DNA from: Candidatus Aminicenantales bacterium | GTDB lineage: Bacteria > Acidobacteriota > Aminicenantia > Aminicenantales > UBA8522 | Length of the DNA stretch: 59,030 nt | Assembly: GCA_049287565.1 (NCBI GenBank) | Contig: JBAQGA010000059.1 | Span: 1 to 59,030, forward strand | Direction: 5' to 3' | Shown here: positions 41,253 through 54,646 of the stretch, piece by piece | Layout of the letters: each line of letters starts with the position of its first letter | How positions within the stretch are numbered: position 1 is the first letter of the stretch | The notes under the pieces: model-generated | Told to the model about the DNA's origin: nothing | Database searches by the model: none | The model's input: only the letters and a program-made list of their open reading frames with translations | Position numbers and translations under genes: made by a program

Positions 41253-41917
41253 TCCGACTCGCGCCCTCGATCTTGTCGGCCGACTTTTCCCGGATTGGGG
41301 AAGCCATCCAGCTGCTCGAGGAGGCCGGGGCCGATTGGATCCACATCGACGTCATGGACGGTCATTTCGTCCCCAACCTGACTTTGGGTCCGCAGGCCGT
41401 CGCCTCCCTGAAGAAGAGGACCCACCTGCCCATCGATGTCCACCTGATGGTCGATAATCCCGGTTTTTTTATCCCCCTGTTCCATGAGGCCGGCGCCGAC
41501 TGGATTTCCATTCACGTCGAAGCGTCGATTCATCTCCATCGCGACATCAGCTTGATCAAGGAGCTGGGGGGGAAGGCGGGGATCGCCCTCAACCCGGCCA
41601 CCCCGATCCATCTCCTCAACGACATCCTGAAAGAGCTGGACTATATTCTTGTGATGTCGGTGAACCCCGGATTCGGAGGACAGCGCTTCGTGGAGTCTAC
41701 CCACCAGAAGATCCGCCAGCTGAAGAACTGGATCAGCGGTCAGAAGCTCTCCATCCCTATCGAGGTGGACGGGGGGGTCAACCCCGATAACGCGGAAAGC
41801 CTGATCCGGGACGGGGCGGAAATCCTGGTCGTCGGGGCGGCCATCTTCTCCGCCCCTGAACCCCGCCAGGTCATCTTCCGGTTGAAGGAGATCATCGCCA
41901 AGGGAAATCCATCATGA
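41249..41917 (+). CDS. rpe: ribulose-phosphate 3-epimerase
   Basis: 222 aa. LAPSILSADF...HIDVMDGHFVPN...DVHLMV...MSVNPGFGGQ...VDGG, the canonical Rpe motifs. Confidence 0.92.
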   Translation: MIRLAPSILSADFSRIGEAIQLLEEAGADWIHIDVMDGHFVPNLTLGPQAVASLKKRTHLPIDVHLMVDNPGFFIPLFHEAGADWISIHVEASIHLHRDISLIKELGGKAGIALNPATPIHLLNDILKELDYILVMSVNPGFGGQRFVESTHQKIRQLKNWISGQKLSIPIEVDGGVNPDNAESLIRDGAEILVVGAAIFSAPEPRQVIFRLKEIIAKGNPS

Positions 41918-42858
41918 AGGCCATGGTGACGGGAGCGGCGGGGTTCATAGGGTCTCATCTCAGCCGCCGCTTGCTCCGGGAGGGCGCTCAGGTCATCGGC
42001 GTCGATTCCTTCACCGATTTCTACCCCCGCTGGATCAAAGAGCGAAACCTCGCGCCTCTCACCGGGGATCCCCATTTCGAATTCCATGCCCGGGACGTCC
42101 TCGAGCTTGACCTCGAAGACATCCTTCCCCGGATTGACGTCCTCTGCCACCTGGCCGCCCAGGCCGGGGTGCGGTCGAGCTGGGGGGAGAATTTCTCCGT
42201 GTACATCCAAAACAATATCCAGAGCACCCAACGGCTCCTGGAGGCGGCCAAGGGAAAGCCGCTCGGCCTGTTCCTGTACGCGTCCTCATCTTCGGTCTAC
42301 GGTCTGACGCCGACGCTCCCGATGTCGGAGACGAGCCTTCTCTATCCGCTCTCTCCTTACGGGGTCACCAAGCTGGCCGCCGAGCAACTTTGTTTCCTCT
42401 ATTTCAAGAACTACGGAGTCCCGGCCGTCTCCCTCCGCTTTTTTACGGTCTACGGGCCGGGCCAGAGACCGGACATGGCTTTCCACAAATTTTTTCGGGC
42501 GATCGCCGAAGACCGGCCCCTGGAAATCTTCGGAGACGGGGAGCAGACCCGGGATTTCACCTACATCGACGACATCGTCGAGGCCTGCCTCTCGGCTTTC
42601 CGGCGGGGCCGGCCGGGCGAAGTCTATAATATCGGTGGAGGACACCGGGAACGATTGAACGATCTTTTCCCCCTACTCGAGGAGATCTGCGGGAAAAGGA
42701 TCAAGACCGAGCGGGCCGAGCGGCAGAAAGGCGATGTCCTCCACACCTTCGCCGATATCCGGAGAGCCCGGCGGGATCTCGGCTATTCGCCCCGCACCGA
42801 CCTCAAAGAGGGATTGCGGAAAGAGTGGGAATGGGTCAAGACGCTGTATCAATCTTAA
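41914..42858 (+). CDS. NAD-dependent epimerase/dehydratase (extended SDR family)
   Basis: 314 aa. GAAGFIGSHL Rossmann motif, SSSSVYG and the YxxxK catalytic motif (YGVTKLAAE). Sugar-nucleotide specificity not determinable by eye. Confidence 0.85.
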   Translation: MKAMVTGAAGFIGSHLSRRLLREGAQVIGVDSFTDFYPRWIKERNLAPLTGDPHFEFHARDVLELDLEDILPRIDVLCHLAAQAGVRSSWGENFSVYIQNNIQSTQRLLEAAKGKPLGLFLYASSSSVYGLTPTLPMSETSLLYPLSPYGVTKLAAEQLCFLYFKNYGVPAVSLRFFTVYGPGQRPDMAFHKFFRAIAEDRPLEIFGDGEQTRDFTYIDDIVEACLSAFRRGRPGEVYNIGGGHRERLNDLFPLLEEICGKRIKTERAERQKGDVLHTFADIRRARRDLGYSPRTDLKEGLRKEWEWVKTLYQS

Positions 42859-42876
42859 AATGAACAAAGGACAACA

Positions 42877-43677
42877 ATGACGTCCCTGAAGAAAACCCGC
42901 TTGATTCTCATCATCGCCCTGCTCTGTGGCTTGGGCGCCTGGAGCTGCAAGGAGAAGCCGGTCGAGGTCGCCCCCGAGATCGCCGCTTCGGACGAGGCCC
43001 TGTACAAGGCCGGCCAGGAGATCATGGAAAAGGACGCCGAGAAGGCCCGTCTGTACTTTCGTCAGGTGATCGATTCCTTTCCCAAGAGTTTCTATGCCCA
43101 ACGGGCCAAGTTGGCGGTCGCCGATACGTATTTCAAGAAAGGTGACGAGAGCAGCATGATCCTGGCCGCCGCCGAATACCGGGAGTTCATCCAGCTCTAT
43201 CCCTACAGCCCTTCCGCCTCTTACGCACAGTACCAGATCGCTATGACCTACTTCAAGAAAGCCCTCAAGCCGGGCCGCGACCAAACCAAGACATCACAAG
43301 CCCTGATCGAGTTCAAGAAGGTCCTGACCAATTATCCTCTGAGCGAAGAAGCGAAGCAGGCCCAGAAACAGATCTCCGAATGCGAGGAAAGGCTGGCTGC
43401 CCACAATTTCAGTATCGGCTATCACTATTACCAAAGAAAAGCCTTCAAAGCCTCGACTGGTCGACTGACCGAGATCCTGACGAGCTTCCCCGCTTTTTCC
43501 AAGATGGACGAGGTCTATTTCTACCTGGCCGATGCCTACTATAAAGGGAACAAGATAGAGGAAAGCATCCCCTATTTCACCAAGCTTGTCACCGATTATC
43601 CGGAGAGCAAGTACGCTAAGAAAGCCCAGAACCGTCTGGCGGAGATCGACGGGGCGGCTAAGAAGATTGACCAATAA
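42877..43677 (+). CDS. bamD: outer membrane protein assembly factor BamD (TPR lipoprotein)
   Basis: Lipobox LGAWSC. TPR-like repeats with BamD/YfiO-type pattern (ALYKAGQEIMEKDAEKARLYFRQVIDSFPKSFYAQRAKLAVADTYFKKGD). Confidence 0.75.
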   Translation: MTSLKKTRLILIIALLCGLGAWSCKEKPVEVAPEIAASDEALYKAGQEIMEKDAEKARLYFRQVIDSFPKSFYAQRAKLAVADTYFKKGDESSMILAAAEYREFIQLYPYSPSASYAQYQIAMTYFKKALKPGRDQTKTSQALIEFKKVLTNYPLSEEAKQAQKQISECEERLAAHNFSIGYHYYQRKAFKASTGRLTEILTSFPAFSKMDEVYFYLADAYYKGNKIEESIPYFTKLVTDYPESKYAKKAQNRLAEIDGAAKKIDQ

Positions 43678-43687
43678 GGGAGGTCCA

Positions 43688-44473
43688 ATGAAAAATCGTC
43701 CGATGTGTTGCGGCATGCTCGTCTTCGCTCTCTTCCTTGCCTTCACACCCGCGGCCTTTGGACAGGCCCGCCCCTCATCCGACGCCTCGTCCTTCCGTCC
43801 GGGGTTGGAGCTGGAATACGGCTCCCGAACCGTCGGCTGGACAGAGGACGGCCAGGAGGTCACTTCTAAAATGTCCTCTTTCCTGGCCAGCCTCGTTCTC
43901 GAGTACGAGATCCAGCCGGGATTTGCACTGGCCGCCCGGGTCGGCTACACCTCGACGTCCTTCGAAGGCCTTTTTTTTCGCGGTCTCCCTTTGTCCATCG
44001 AGCTCGAAGCCGGAGGGATCAGCGGGATCCTGCTCGGTGCCGAGGTCGAGAAAGCCCTGGTTGCCGGGGAGACCTATAGCCTGGACGTAGTCGGCCAGTT
44101 TCTCGCCTCTCTGGGTCTCAACAAGAAGTGGGATATCCCCGGCCTGGCCGTCGAGGGCTCGATCCAAGGAAAGCCGACCTGGATGAGGGCTTCTTTCGGC
44201 CCCGTCCTTGCCTACCGGGGCTGGGAGGGGGTCACACCGTTCCTCTATCCTCGCCTGGATTATATCTGGGGAAAGTTCAAGCTGGAAGAGACCATCCAGG
44301 AACTCCAGGGAAGCGAGCAGAAAGACATCAAGGGGAAAGCCATATTCGGTTTTGGCCTGGGAGCCGATCTCGAGCTCTCTGCCCGCCTTCGGCTCCGCGG
44401 TGAAGCTTCACTCTATCCCCGGGAAGGCGGCACGGATTATTCGTTCATGGTCCGAACGCTTTTCGCGTTCTAA
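43688..44473 (+). CDS. hypothetical outer-membrane beta-barrel protein
   Basis: Signal peptide MKNRPMCCGMLVFALFLAFTPAAFG from ATG 43688 (the track start at 43586 overlaps bamD). Alternating beta pattern. C-terminal ...MVRTLFAF with terminal Phe. Confidence 0.45.
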   Translation: MKNRPMCCGMLVFALFLAFTPAAFGQARPSSDASSFRPGLELEYGSRTVGWTEDGQEVTSKMSSFLASLVLEYEIQPGFALAARVGYTSTSFEGLFFRGLPLSIELEAGGISGILLGAEVEKALVAGETYSLDVVGQFLASLGLNKKWDIPGLAVEGSIQGKPTWMRASFGPVLAYRGWEGVTPFLYPRLDYIWGKFKLEETIQELQGSEQKDIKGKAIFGFGLGADLELSARLRLRGEASLYPREGGTDYSFMVRTLFAF

Positions 44474-44490
44474 CTATTCTGGAGGAAACG

Positions 44491-45849
44491 ATGGGCATCC
44501 TAAAAAGAAAAAGAATAGCGGCAATCCTCCTTCTTCTCGGCCTGTTCGCCTCTGCTTACGGCCTCCAAAGGGTCCGCGAGGAGAGGACCAGAAAACGGGA
44601 AACGCCCAGGGATCGCAAGGAGATCCGCTCGCTCAACGGCGGCCTCCCCCTACGGCTGGAAGGGCCTCGTTTCGTTCCCGATCAGGTCCTCGTCCGGTTC
44701 AAGCCGGACCTCAAAACCCAGCTCATCGAGGGCACCCTGAGCCTCTACGGGACGGAAACGATCAAAAGGATCCCCCAGCTCAATATCTACCAAGTCAGGA
44801 TCCCTGCTGGGATATCCGTTGAAGAGATGACCTATGCTCTCAGCCGGAACCCCGATGTGGAATCGGCCGGCCCCAACTACATCGCCCGGATTACCGTTAC
44901 CCCCAACGATACCCTTTTCCGCTACCAGTATGCCCTGAACAACACGGGTCAAGATTTCGGCGCTCCCGGAAGCCCCACCGGAAAAGCCAAGGCCGACATC
45001 CGGGCGACCACCGGCTGGGAGGAGACCAATGGAGACGCGGCGACGATCATCGCCATCGTCGATTCCGGCATCGACTTTGACCATCCCGATATCCGAAACA
45101 AGATCGTTTCGGGCGGACGGGATATCTATAACGATGACTGGGAGGCCACCGATGACAACGGACACGGGACCTACGTGGCCGGGCTCGCCGCCGCCGACAC
45201 CAACAACGACGAAGGCATGGCCGGAGTCGCCTGGAACTGCAAGATCCTCCCGGTCAAGGTCACGGACCCGGAGGGCCTCGCTTATTATTCCGATGTTATC
45301 GCCGGAATCATCTGGGCCGCGGACAACGGCGCCCAAGTCATCAACATCAGCCTGGGGGGAGATGCGCCCGATGATGCCTTGCGGGATGCACTCCGATATG
45401 CCTATAACAAAGGAGTGGTCGTCGTCGCCTCGGCCGGAAACGACGATACCGCCGTGTTCTACCCGGCGGCCTACGACGCCTATTGCCTGGCTGTCGCCGC
45501 GACCGACTATAACGACGTCCCAACGTCCTGGTCATGTTTCGGACCCGAAGTGGACGTGGCGGCCCCCGGAGATTCGGTCTTAAGCATTGTCCCAACCTGG
45601 TACTGGGGACCGGGATCTTTCCCCTACGCCTTCGGAGACGGGACCTCGGCCTCGGCTCCGCATGTGGCCGGGTTGGCCGCGCTGCTCAAGTCCCTCAAGC
45701 CCTGGCTTTCGGTTGACGACATCATGAACGTCATCCGCTTCTCGGCGGACGACGTGAATTCTGGCGAGTATCCCGGCAGAGACAACTACATCGGCTACGG
45801 GCGGATCAACATAGAAAAGGCGCTCGTCCCGATCAAGATCACTCAGTAA
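44491..45849 (+). CDS. S8 family subtilisin-like serine protease, secreted
   Basis: Catalytic triad motifs VDSGIDFDHPD (Asp), HGTYVAG (His) and GTSASAPHVAG (Ser). N-terminal signal plus inhibitor_I9-like propeptide. Confidence 0.88.
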   Translation: MGILKRKRIAAILLLLGLFASAYGLQRVREERTRKRETPRDRKEIRSLNGGLPLRLEGPRFVPDQVLVRFKPDLKTQLIEGTLSLYGTETIKRIPQLNIYQVRIPAGISVEEMTYALSRNPDVESAGPNYIARITVTPNDTLFRYQYALNNTGQDFGAPGSPTGKAKADIRATTGWEETNGDAATIIAIVDSGIDFDHPDIRNKIVSGGRDIYNDDWEATDDNGHGTYVAGLAAADTNNDEGMAGVAWNCKILPVKVTDPEGLAYYSDVIAGIIWAADNGAQVINISLGGDAPDDALRDALRYAYNKGVVVVASAGNDDTAVFYPAAYDAYCLAVAATDYNDVPTSWSCFGPEVDVAAPGDSVLSIVPTWYWGPGSFPYAFGDGTSASAPHVAGLAALLKSLKPWLSVDDIMNVIRFSADDVNSGEYPGRDNYIGYGRINIEKALVPIKITQ

Positions 45850-45853
45850 GGGG

Positions 45854-47557
45854 ATGCTCGGCTCTCTCCGCATTAAGAACCTGGCCACTATCGAAGACCT
45901 GGAAATCCGTTTTCAAGAGGGTTTATCGGTCCTCAGCGGAGAGACCGGAGCCGGGAAATCGATCATCATCGACGGCCTCAGGCTGGTCCTGGGAGACAAG
46001 GCCTCGCCCGGCCTCATCCGGACGGGAACGACCGAGGCGACGGTCGAAGCCGTCTTCCGGCTGCCTCCTGTCAAAGACGCTCCGGACGAACTCTCCTCGA
46101 ACGAGGGGGGGGAAGTCCTCATCCAGCGGCAGATCTTCCAGGAAGGGACGGGAAAGGCCTATCTCAACGGCGTGCTTGTCCCGGCCCGGAAGCTCAAGGA
46201 GATCGGTCCCTTCCTGGTAGACATCTACGGCCAGAACGACCACATCTTTCTCCTCCAGATCGAGAACCACTTGCTTTATCTCGATGATTTCCTCGGTCTG
46301 GGCGACCTGCGGGAGGAAGTGGCCCGGCTTGCCCAGGAACTCCGCCGGCTGATCCGGCAGAAAGAGGAGCTGGAGACGAGGAAGAAGGAGAGAGAGCAGC
46401 GTTTGGACTTCCTGAGCTTCCAGGTCAAGGAGATCGAAGCCGCCGGGCTTCGGCCTGGAGAATGGGAAGAGAGCCTGGCGGAGCGGAACATCCTCAAGAA
46501 CGCCGAGAATATCGCTCTCCTCGTCGAGTCCGGCCTCGGCTGCGTCTACGGCGAGGAGGGTTCGATCCTGGCCGGCTTGGTCAAGCTGCAAGAGATCGTC
46601 GGCGAACTCGGCCGGTTCGATCCCGGCATCACAGCCTACGCCGAGCCGCTCGGGCAAGCGTCCATCGCCGTGCGCGAGCTGGCTGACGCCCTGACCAAAT
46701 TCAAAGACAGGGAGACATTTGGGCCTGACCGGCTGGAGCAGCTGGAGGCAAGGCTGAGCACGATCGAGAAGCTCCGGCGCAAGTACGGCGAGACGATCGA
46801 AGCCATCCTCGACCACCTGGCCAAGGTCAAGCAGGAGTCCACCGAGCTGGCCGGCAGCGAGGAGAAGCTGGCCGGGCTCGAGGCCGAGATCAGCCGCGTT
46901 TTTAGAGACTACGCGAACAGAGCGGAGAAGCTTTCCCGCCAGAGGCAGGTGGGCTGTCCAAAGCTCGAAGCCCAGGTGGAAAAAGAGATCGGGCTCCTGG
47001 GCATGAAAAGGGCCCGGTTCCGCGTCAAGATGGAGACGGTGGCGCTTGATTCGCTCGCGCCGTCCCAGGCGCGTGAGCTGGGCCTCGATGAGGTCGAATT
47101 CCTGATCAGTCCCAATCCCGGGGAGGACCTCCGGCCCCTCCGCAAGACCGCTTCGGGAGGCGAACTGAGTCGGATCATGCTGGCCATCAAGACCATCGGC
47201 AAGGAAAAGGGCGGAGCGAGGACGCTCATCTTCGACGAGATCGACTCGGGGATCGGCGGGAAGACGGCCGAGAGCATCGCCGCGAAACTCCGCCACCTGT
47301 CCCAGTGCCACCAGGTCATCTGTATCACCCATCTGCCCCAAATCGCCTCCTTCGCGCCGCACCATTTCCGGATCGAAAAGACGGTCGCCAAGGAGCGCAC
47401 TTTCACAACCGTCCAAAAACTCGGATTCGAGGAGAGGGTGACGGAGATATCGCGCCTCCTCTCCGGGAGCCGGATCACGCCGACATCGCTTCAAAACGCA
47501 AGAGAAATGCTCCTCCTCAACCTCGAGGAGAGAAAGACTGGAAGGAAACGTTCATGA
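45854..47557 (+). CDS. recN: DNA repair protein RecN
   Basis: 567 aa. LRIKNLATIEDLEIRF...GETGAGKS Walker A. Long coiled-coil. C-terminal signature SGGELSRIMLAIK and Walker B LIFDEID. Confidence 0.92.
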   Translation: MLGSLRIKNLATIEDLEIRFQEGLSVLSGETGAGKSIIIDGLRLVLGDKASPGLIRTGTTEATVEAVFRLPPVKDAPDELSSNEGGEVLIQRQIFQEGTGKAYLNGVLVPARKLKEIGPFLVDIYGQNDHIFLLQIENHLLYLDDFLGLGDLREEVARLAQELRRLIRQKEELETRKKEREQRLDFLSFQVKEIEAAGLRPGEWEESLAERNILKNAENIALLVESGLGCVYGEEGSILAGLVKLQEIVGELGRFDPGITAYAEPLGQASIAVRELADALTKFKDRETFGPDRLEQLEARLSTIEKLRRKYGETIEAILDHLAKVKQESTELAGSEEKLAGLEAEISRVFRDYANRAEKLSRQRQVGCPKLEAQVEKEIGLLGMKRARFRVKMETVALDSLAPSQARELGLDEVEFLISPNPGEDLRPLRKTASGGELSRIMLAIKTIGKEKGGARTLIFDEIDSGIGGKTAESIAAKLRHLSQCHQVICITHLPQIASFAPHHFRIEKTVAKERTFTTVQKLGFEERVTEISRLLSGSRITPTSLQNAREMLLLNLEERKTGRKRS

Positions 47558-47612
47558 ACCGACCCCAGGATGCCGTTCGAAGCTTTGAGCGGTCTCGATC
47601 CTGGAGCAAATT

Positions 47613-47641
47613 TTGTAGCCTTTCCGGACGTGTTGTATAAT
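47613..47641 (+). promoter_or_regulatory. sigma-70-type promoter TTGTAG-17-TATAAT for miaB (near-leaderless)
   Basis: TTGTAG 47613-47618, 17-nt spacer, consensus TATAAT 47636-47641. ATG at 47651, only 9 nt downstream, with no SD in between. Confidence 0.55.
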
Positions 47642-47650
47642 ACCCCCGCC

Positions 47651-48979
47651 ATGGACGCGCCAGACCCGAAATTTCGCTATTTCATCCGCACCTTCGGCTG
47701 CCAGATGAACGAGAGCGATTCGGAGAAGATCGCCGGCCTCCTCGAACTGGCTGGGGCGGTCCGGGCCGAACGCCCCGAGGATGCCGACATCATCGTCGTC
47801 AATACCTGCGCTGTCCGGGAGAAATCGGAGGACAAGCTTTTCTCCTACCTCGGTCGCCTGGCCAGGATCAAGGAAAAGAAGCCCGTCCGGATCGCCGTCG
47901 TCGGCTGTGTCGCCCAAATAAGGGGCCAGGAGCTCCTGGACAACCGGGAGACCGTAGATTACGTGCTCGGGCCGGACAACGCCGTTGAACTTCTGACCCT
48001 TGTCCGGGAAAAAGATACCAGAAAATACGTCTCCACGTCCTGGTCCAAAGAATGGCACGAAATCCCACCCGATCTCATCCTCCGCGACAGCCCGGTCAGC
48101 GCCTCTCTGACGGTGATGGAAGGATGCGATAATTTCTGCGCCTACTGCATCGTTCCCTATGCCCGAGGCCGGGAGAAATACCGGCCCCTTTCCTCCGTCG
48201 TCGGAGAAGCGCGAAACCTGACAGGGAAAGGGTTCCTCGAAATCCAGCTCCTCGGGCAGAACGTCAATTCTTACCGGGATCCCGACTCGGGGAGGCCATT
48301 CTCCGACCTCTTGAGAGAGGTCGCGACCGTCGCCGGCCTCGAATGGATCCGCTTCATCACCTCCCATCCCAAGAACTTCCGTCCCGAGACCGCCGAGACC
48401 ATGGCGGCGCACAAGAAGATCTGCAAGCAGCTTCACCTCCCCCTTCAGTCCGGCTCGAACGCCGTCCTGAAGAGGATGAAGAGAGGCTATTCCAGGGAGG
48501 ATTATTTGGACATCGTCTCCCTGCTCCGGAGGCTGATGCCTGAGATCAGCCTCAGCACGGACATCATCGTCGGATTCCCCGGCGAGAGCGAGAAGGAGTT
48601 CGAGGAGACGCTCGAGGTGCTCCGGGAGGTCCGCTTCACCAACATCTTTTCCTTCCGCTATTCACCACGGCCTTCGACGGCGGCCGCGACACTGGAGGAC
48701 TCCGTTCCTAAAAAGGAGAAACAGCGCCGGCTCGAGGAAATCCAGCGGGTCCAGAAAAACATCCAGCTTGAAAGCCACGGCCGGCAGGTCGGCCGGACGA
48801 TGAGAGTCCTTTGCAGCGGACGCGGCCGGAAGACGCCGCATCTCTTCTCCGGACGGAATGAAGGCCATCAAGTGGTCAATTTCCGGGCGGACGAAGAATC
48901 GAGCGCCCGTTTCGTCGACGTCCGTATCACCGGCTCCGGCCCCTACAGCCTCCTCGGCGAGCGTCTCAGCAGCCGCTAA
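47651..48979 (+). CDS. miaB: tRNA-2-methylthio-N6-dimethylallyladenosine synthase (radical SAM methylthiotransferase)
   Basis: UPF0004 N-terminal domain FGCQMNESD. Radical-SAM CDNFCAYC. C-terminal TRAM domain. ATG 47651 is preferred because a TATAAT box lies inside the longer track ORF. Confidence 0.9.
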   Translation: MDAPDPKFRYFIRTFGCQMNESDSEKIAGLLELAGAVRAERPEDADIIVVNTCAVREKSEDKLFSYLGRLARIKEKKPVRIAVVGCVAQIRGQELLDNRETVDYVLGPDNAVELLTLVREKDTRKYVSTSWSKEWHEIPPDLILRDSPVSASLTVMEGCDNFCAYCIVPYARGREKYRPLSSVVGEARNLTGKGFLEIQLLGQNVNSYRDPDSGRPFSDLLREVATVAGLEWIRFITSHPKNFRPETAETMAAHKKICKQLHLPLQSGSNAVLKRMKRGYSREDYLDIVSLLRRLMPEISLSTDIIVGFPGESEKEFEETLEVLREVRFTNIFSFRYSPRPSTAAATLEDSVPKKEKQRRLEEIQRVQKNIQLESHGRQVGRTMRVLCSGRGRKTPHLFSGRNEGHQVVNFRADEESSARFVDVRITGSGPYSLLGERLSSR

Positions 48980-49234
48980 AATCCAGTCATTCTTGATCAG
49001 CGACATCCTCGAGGAAGAACTCTCCCCCCAAATCTTTCCGCTCGCTGCCTCGGCTGTCTCGGGCTGACATTTTACGATCGGCCAGTTCTGTAAAGCATCC
49101 CTTTATTTGATGAACAACTTGGGAATGAAGAAGCGACCTCGAAGGTTTAGCCTTCCCAAGGCGTTTTTCGAGGGAAGCCGCTCCCATTTTATTGACCGAG
49201 GCGAAGGGCTTGGATGAGGAAGTCCGTCGACGAC

Positions 49235-49291
49235 TGAGCGGGCAGGGTTTCTCGACCGTAGGGAGAGAAGAGCGAAGGAGGAGTTCGGAGC
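49235..49291 (-). repeat. R1 partial copy D (internal core only)
   Basis: TGAGCGGGCAGGGTTTCTCGACCGTAGGGAGAGAAGAGCGAAGGAGGAGTTCGGAGC aligns with TGAGCGGGCACGGTTTTTCGACCAAAGAGAGAGAAGAGCGAACGACGAATCGAGC of copy B (about 80% by eye). The terminal repeats are absent. Confidence 0.55.
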
Positions 49292-49304
49292 GAGCTTACT
49301 CGCC

Positions 49305-49341
49305 GGGGAAGCGAGCGGGCTGACGATTCCATGCCCGAGCC
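49305..49341 (+). repeat. R4 module copy 2
   Basis: See the 348-383 entry. About 32 of 37 positions are identical by eye. Lies in the 477-bp miaB-gyrA convergent gap. Confidence 0.65.
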
Positions 49342-49483
49342 TCTGCGCAGTTCCGCACCGCCGAGAAAAACGCTGAGGGAACGGCGTTAAGAACCCGAAC
49401 GGGAGCAAGGCCGATGGCGGCTGATCACAGTCCCCATTATTCCTTGCTTTCCCTACTTTTCGTTATAGAGCCGGGAAGGAGGC

Positions 49484-51961
<2,478 letters not shown>

Positions 51962-51986
51962 CAGTCAGGTCCTTTCGAAGGTCGGT

Positions 51987-54479
<2,493 letters not shown>

Positions 54480-54597
54480 AGCGGTTTTTGGGGGCATTTC
54501 CACAATATTTTGTGTTTGGTCGGGCTCATCATCACAATTTTTTGGGGCTTGGCCTTCACGGCCGCGCCGCTCCCCGCCGGCGGTCGTTTTCTCGACT

Positions 54598-54626
54598 TTG
54601 AATAGACGAGGGCAATCGATTATAAT
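54598..54626 (+). promoter_or_regulatory. sigma-70-type promoter TTGAAT-17-TATAAT for the DRG-like GTPase gene
   Basis: TTGAAT 54598-54603, 17-nt spacer, consensus TATAAT 54621-54626. 20 nt before ATG 54647. Confidence 0.6.
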
Positions 54627-54646
54627 TCCCATCCCGAGGTCAAATA

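Noticed and set aside
49103-49408. 101-aa ORF on the minus strand in the miaB-gyrA gap, and the overlapping ORFs in 16-410 at the window start.
   Set aside because: They are composed of repeat modules (R1, R4), are low-complexity Pro/Ser/Arg-rich, and have no SD or family resemblance.
49213-49425. RNase P RNA-like strings (GAGGAAGTCCG, GGGCAGGGT, AGAACCCG, GGGAGCAAGGCC) in the miaB-gyrA gap.
   Set aside because: - The order of the motifs does not match bacterial RNase P RNA.
- The span (about 200 nt) is too short.
- The P4 partner (CCGGCUU) is missing.
- GGGCAGGGT belongs to the R1 repeat core.
A covariance-model scan would settle it, but by eye this is chance similarity.
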